Below, one piece after another: positions 61,901-64,000 of a stretch of 64,000 bases of DNA. Within the stretch, counting starts at the first letter, position 1. Each line of letters opens with the position of its first letter. The notes beneath the pieces were generated by a model. It saw only the letters and a program-made list of their open reading frames with translations. It was not told the origin of the DNA and ran no database searches. The stretch comes from a virus. Its lineage: Duplodnaviria > Caudoviricetes. The stretch is taken from the IMG/VR virus record IMGVR_UViG_3300037449_000119, positions 282 to 64,281 of that record; one strand, written 5' to 3'. Both the position numbers and the translations under genes were made by a program.

Positions 61901-62310
61901 AGAATTCTACCGTACAAGGAGAAGTCTCTGCCACAACTACTGATTACCGTCAAGCAACTCTGAGTGCGGATTTAGTTTTCCGAACTGTATTGAATGGCAC
62001 ACTGGGAGAGGCTTTTAGGATCAAAGGTGGGGGCACAATATCGCTCACAGCCACAGCCCCAACAGCCTCAGCAGGAAGCGTAGCCGCTTACAGCAGCAAC
62101 ATGGGCGGAGAGATCACTGGCCTGAGCGCAGCTACAAGTGTGAATATCACCTTTGCCAACTCCGGCTGGACCAATGCGGCGTTCTGCGTGGTGACACCGG
62201 ATAATGCGACGGCCATTCCCTACATCAGCGCCATCAGCAAGACGGGGTTCACGATCACATTCACGGCAGCGGAAACAGGCGTAGTTTTCTATCACTGCGA
62301 CGGAAACTAG
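58942..62310 (+). CDS. large fibre/adhesin-like protein with signal peptide, CBM5/12-like module and SGNH-like domain
   Basis: MKRLLVFATMLTAALSMGA-Q; WSGATIY...VSYNG.IY...W; VVFTFDS, GVND; Gly/Thr-rich beta segments; GGAGG SD. Confidence 0.7.
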   Translation: MKRLLVFATMLTAALSMGAQSYTPNCNLFLPPQGYQPWTTPMNENLTLIDDCLGVLQNAYQGVWSGATIYAEYQQVSYNGAIYISLQNSNYNQDPATATTYWQYFTGSGGGGGGTLSVDGTVVSSPNLDSTTPTADSGYVLGTWKHSGSNISVQFPTSGGSTGLLAGANVVFTFDSQGFDDSLNTEGATTTVTAVSISSSGVATLTGTNTLTAGQWIDGSGISSPNINGCGTLGYYGTGNKIYQVLSTGLSGSQFEIQTLCTTSTGSGGTVEDATYILPVQTAAKPAFSGINSWSVRNGVDVASIYGGYTGLVCEQATNFAAMFGDLFPSVTGKPLILLSGAGVNDIYSGDSAGTVEGCFQSFWSQAHAVGAVIVQNMIGSHPGWWGTNTDLVTKAVNDWLILQGKSTTNAASGQYWDYTGVDMRPYGEIDSPLAAGIPARYSLAWNAALETPGTSGFTQFACNGYTDCVTLDGDGQSISGSIYLQRPFIENSDPSIRFNNENGYWLIHMTAYDANPGELFFGNSGYLDGVLVFTGAIGPSTAPTGSCGTGVATGFTGEWVHSQDAKITYCNGTNWVDKTPSGGGTTTNALTAAATGGAAPGTTFDGSAARTFDYHSFGAQAALSLLAGTYADGDMCTYAATGTLLNCNTAPYSLPTATSSVLGGVKPDGTSILNTAGVISATPASIGAQVNLGATQTGAIGASGTATFPGTVSAGSETLGSPLLPASGGTGATTAAAALTSLGAAGTGIANTFTENQSMTGLTLSTVANAAAPTGVATNSGQSVGASTTNEAAVTCIDSSGANTTLGVASANVTTTGGSSYIVWSYTLPSGCTTGYIWMKNTGSFAYYSVATGTSFRQNAAATTYTAAASYPAGGAYPTANTTGYVNATTFASTVPLGMGIPAFSVTDNSTHSGSISIAGGGDNRFEINGSSGILIESNGNGISFHSSTGGFNGSLMIPVEVYAGSDANANGGKAGFSFMLPTSTQNSTVQGEVSATTTDYRQATLSADLVFRTVLNGTLGEAFRIKGGGTISLTATAPTASAGSVAAYSSNMGGEITGLSAATSVNITFANSGWTNAAFCVVTPDNATAIPYISAISKTGFTITFTAAETGVVFYHCDGN

Positions 62311-62400
62311 GGCATGAAATCAGAACACGGACGCGCTGCACCCAGTAATCGGGGCGGCGCAACAACGGGCCAGATGGTACGAGCCGCGAGATAAAGGGGA

Positions 62401-62661
62401 ATGGATATGAACTGGGCTGCGGTATCTGCAATCATATCGGCTATCACGCTGATCGGCGTGGTTGGCATCGGCGGCATCATGTGGGGCAAGATGAGTGAGC
62501 AGGTTGCGGGACAAACCAAGCGGCTTGACAGCCACAAAATCGAACTCGCGGACCACGCCACTCATCTAAGCCAGCACGATGTACAACTTGGTCGGCTCGA
62601 AGAGTGGAAGGCTGGCTACAATGCAGCCGCCCGCATCGGCGGACATATGGCGGAAGTGTGA
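62401..62661 (+). CDS. holin-like membrane protein with coiled coil
   Basis: One TM segment (AAVSAIISAITLIGVVGIGGIMW) followed by a heptad region. Confidence 0.55.
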   Translation: MDMNWAAVSAIISAITLIGVVGIGGIMWGKMSEQVAGQTKRLDSHKIELADHATHLSQHDVQLGRLEEWKAGYNAAARIGGHMAEV

Positions 62662-62710
62662 TCCGCAACCCGCGAAGAAATAAGGGCTTGCGAATTTGTG
62701 CAGAATCCGA

Positions 62711-62739
62711 TTGACAAGTGCGGGGAGATGTGGGACACT
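62711..62739 (+). promoter_or_regulatory. sigma70-like promoter
   Basis: TTGACA-17-GACACT; ATG 7 nt downstream. Confidence 0.5.
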
Positions 62740-62745
62740 ATGCCC

Positions 62746-62934
62746 ATGATAGTCAGTTCACACGTTCGCATGGAAGAAGAGAGTCTACGACAGGCAAAAG
62801 TCTGGGCTGCAAAGCTCGGAATGTCCTATAGCGACTTCGCCGGTCACGCTATTGCGTCTGAGTGCATCAACCGCGATCTCGCCGAAAGGGCCGCACTCCG
62901 GCGCAAGCCCAAGGCGCGGAAGGAGCAAGCATGA
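62746..62934 (+). CDS. ribbon-helix-helix-like DNA-binding protein
   Basis: SSHVRMEEESLRQAKVWAAKLGMSYSDF..HAI. Confidence 0.6.
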   Translation: MIVSSHVRMEEESLRQAKVWAAKLGMSYSDFAGHAIASECINRDLAERAALRRKPKARKEQA

Positions 62935-63272
62935 AGCGCATCTGTTTTGGGCTAGCTATGGCGTTTTTATTTGCGGGATGGTTGCTGATCGCGGAAGGAC
63001 TCTACGCACAAACGGTTAAGCCTGCACTGCCGACCATAACGGTACCTCCGGCAAGTTTGCTGCATTCTGACGACTTCTTCGGTTTTTCTCCCATTACGTC
63101 GTTTGTTGTTCCGTTGTGCGGGTGGCAGGGTAGGCAGCGAGACGATGGCCAGTGCGAGATTATGATAACTGCTCCACCTGATTACGAAAACTTCAAATGC
63201 ACAGTCAATCAACATAAGCAGGGTGAACTGTACGTGGTCACCTGCACATGGAAACCGAAGGAGCCGAAATGA
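62931..63272 (+). CDS. secreted protein with signal peptide
   Basis: AAGGAG SD; MKRICFGLAMAFLFAGWLLIAEGLYA-Q; four Cys. Confidence 0.65.
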   Translation: MKRICFGLAMAFLFAGWLLIAEGLYAQTVKPALPTITVPPASLLHSDDFFGFSPITSFVVPLCGWQGRQRDDGQCEIMITAPPDYENFKCTVNQHKQGELYVVTCTWKPKEPK

Positions 63273-63592
63273 AGATTCTCGTAGGAAGTGACTGGAAATC
63301 AACTGCCGTCGGCTGTTTATCGGCATTTGCCGTGACCGTGGGACCGCTCTCTGGATTTTTGGCTTCGCTCACAAATATCCAGGCGCAGATACCGGGCCAC
63401 GGGCCAGCCAATTACACGCTTGCAATCATCGGTGCCGGACTGACGTGCGCTGCTGCCATTGCCCGCCTCTGGATTGGGAAACTGACGAATTACGTGCAGA
63501 GCGATCCAAGCATCGGAACCTTGTCAACCCCGGCAGTGGTCAACGTGACGACGACCGGTCCGGTTCCCACGCCAGCGCCGGACGCTCAGTGA
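63269..63592 (+). CDS. membrane protein, holin-like
   Basis: AAGGAG SD; two hydrophobic segments. Confidence 0.6.
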   Translation: MKILVGSDWKSTAVGCLSAFAVTVGPLSGFLASLTNIQAQIPGHGPANYTLAIIGAGLTCAAAIARLWIGKLTNYVQSDPSIGTLSTPAVVNVTTTGPVPTPAPDAQ

Positions 63593-63599
63593 GGCGACA

Positions 63600-64000
63600 A
63601 TGGCAGAGTTGACAGAGACGGTTGATGAACTTGTTGGATGGTGCAGTAGTTGTGACAAACTCTGCTATCAATCGGAATATCCTATCGTTGGTTTTGACGA
63701 TGAGTACGCCACTTGCTCCTCGTGTGGAGATACGCAAATCGTGAAAGCTGACGAGTATCACGGAAAACTAATCGAGCACATCGCCCGCGCAGAGGCCGAG
63801 AGCCAAGAACTAGCAGATGATCTTCTTGACGCAAACATGGCGTGGGCCAGCAAGTGTGAAGAAGTCGCCGCGCTCAAGGCTGAGGTCGAGCGGCGGTCAG
63901 CGCCGGTGAGTTCAGAAGAGAAAGAGAAATACTTCAAAATCTGTGGGGAGTATCAAGTGAATTTAATGCTTGCCGAACGTGCATCAGCGCCCGCAACCGG
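63600..64000 (+). CDS. Zn-ribbon + coiled-coil protein, 3'-truncated at window edge
   Basis: MAELTETVDELVGWCSSCDK...CSSCG; frame open to the end of the window. Confidence 0.6.
   Translation, partial: MAELTETVDELVGWCSSCDKLCYQSEYPIVGFDDEYATCSSCGDTQIVKADEYHGKLIEHIARAEAESQELADDLLDANMAWASKCEEVAALKAEVERRSAPVSSEEKEKYFKICGEYQVNLMLAERASAPAT

Noticed and set aside
1-64000. Integrase, tRNA, reverse transcriptase/DGR, stop-codon reassignment
   Set aside because: None detected by eye. Core genes read through under the standard code. The only tyrosine-nucleophile enzyme fits TopIB motifs better than an integrase. The genome may extend beyond the window.

Overview
The window is most of a tailed-phage genome with a contractile tail (myovirus-type). 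No integrase, tRNA, rRNA or CRISPR array was seen. Layout: (i) 1-2.3 kb, + strand accessory/membrane genes including a papain-like peptidase. (ii) 2.4-29.8 kb, - strand replication and early genes: SNF2 helicase, VRR-NUC, Cas4-like nuclease, family A DNA polymerase, ATP-dependent ligase, DUF932, J-domain protein, primase-helicase, DNA methyltransferase, DUF2130 and many small unknowns. (iii) An AT-rich divergence region near 29.8-30.4 kb. (iv) A small Lys-rich peptide, a radical SAM/SPASM gene and a PP-loop operon. (v) + strand packaging, head, tail, baseplate, fibre and holin-like genes. The standout observation is a 318-aa intein in the MuF head protein whose central region is the reverse complement of a separate HTH + Vsr/DUF559-like endonuclease gene. 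That gene's extended -10 promoter, Shine-Dalgarno and ATG are all written into the antisense of intein blocks G and F. Other notable items: a type IB topoisomerase in the head module, a portal fused to an inorganic-pyrophosphatase-like domain, accessory genes flanked by RBS-containing direct repeats, structural-region proteins with signal peptides, a domain shared by the tail sheath and a secreted protein, and recurrent TxD and TxAxINxxNR motifs in head proteins. All family assignments come from motif recognition by eye; no database searches were run.
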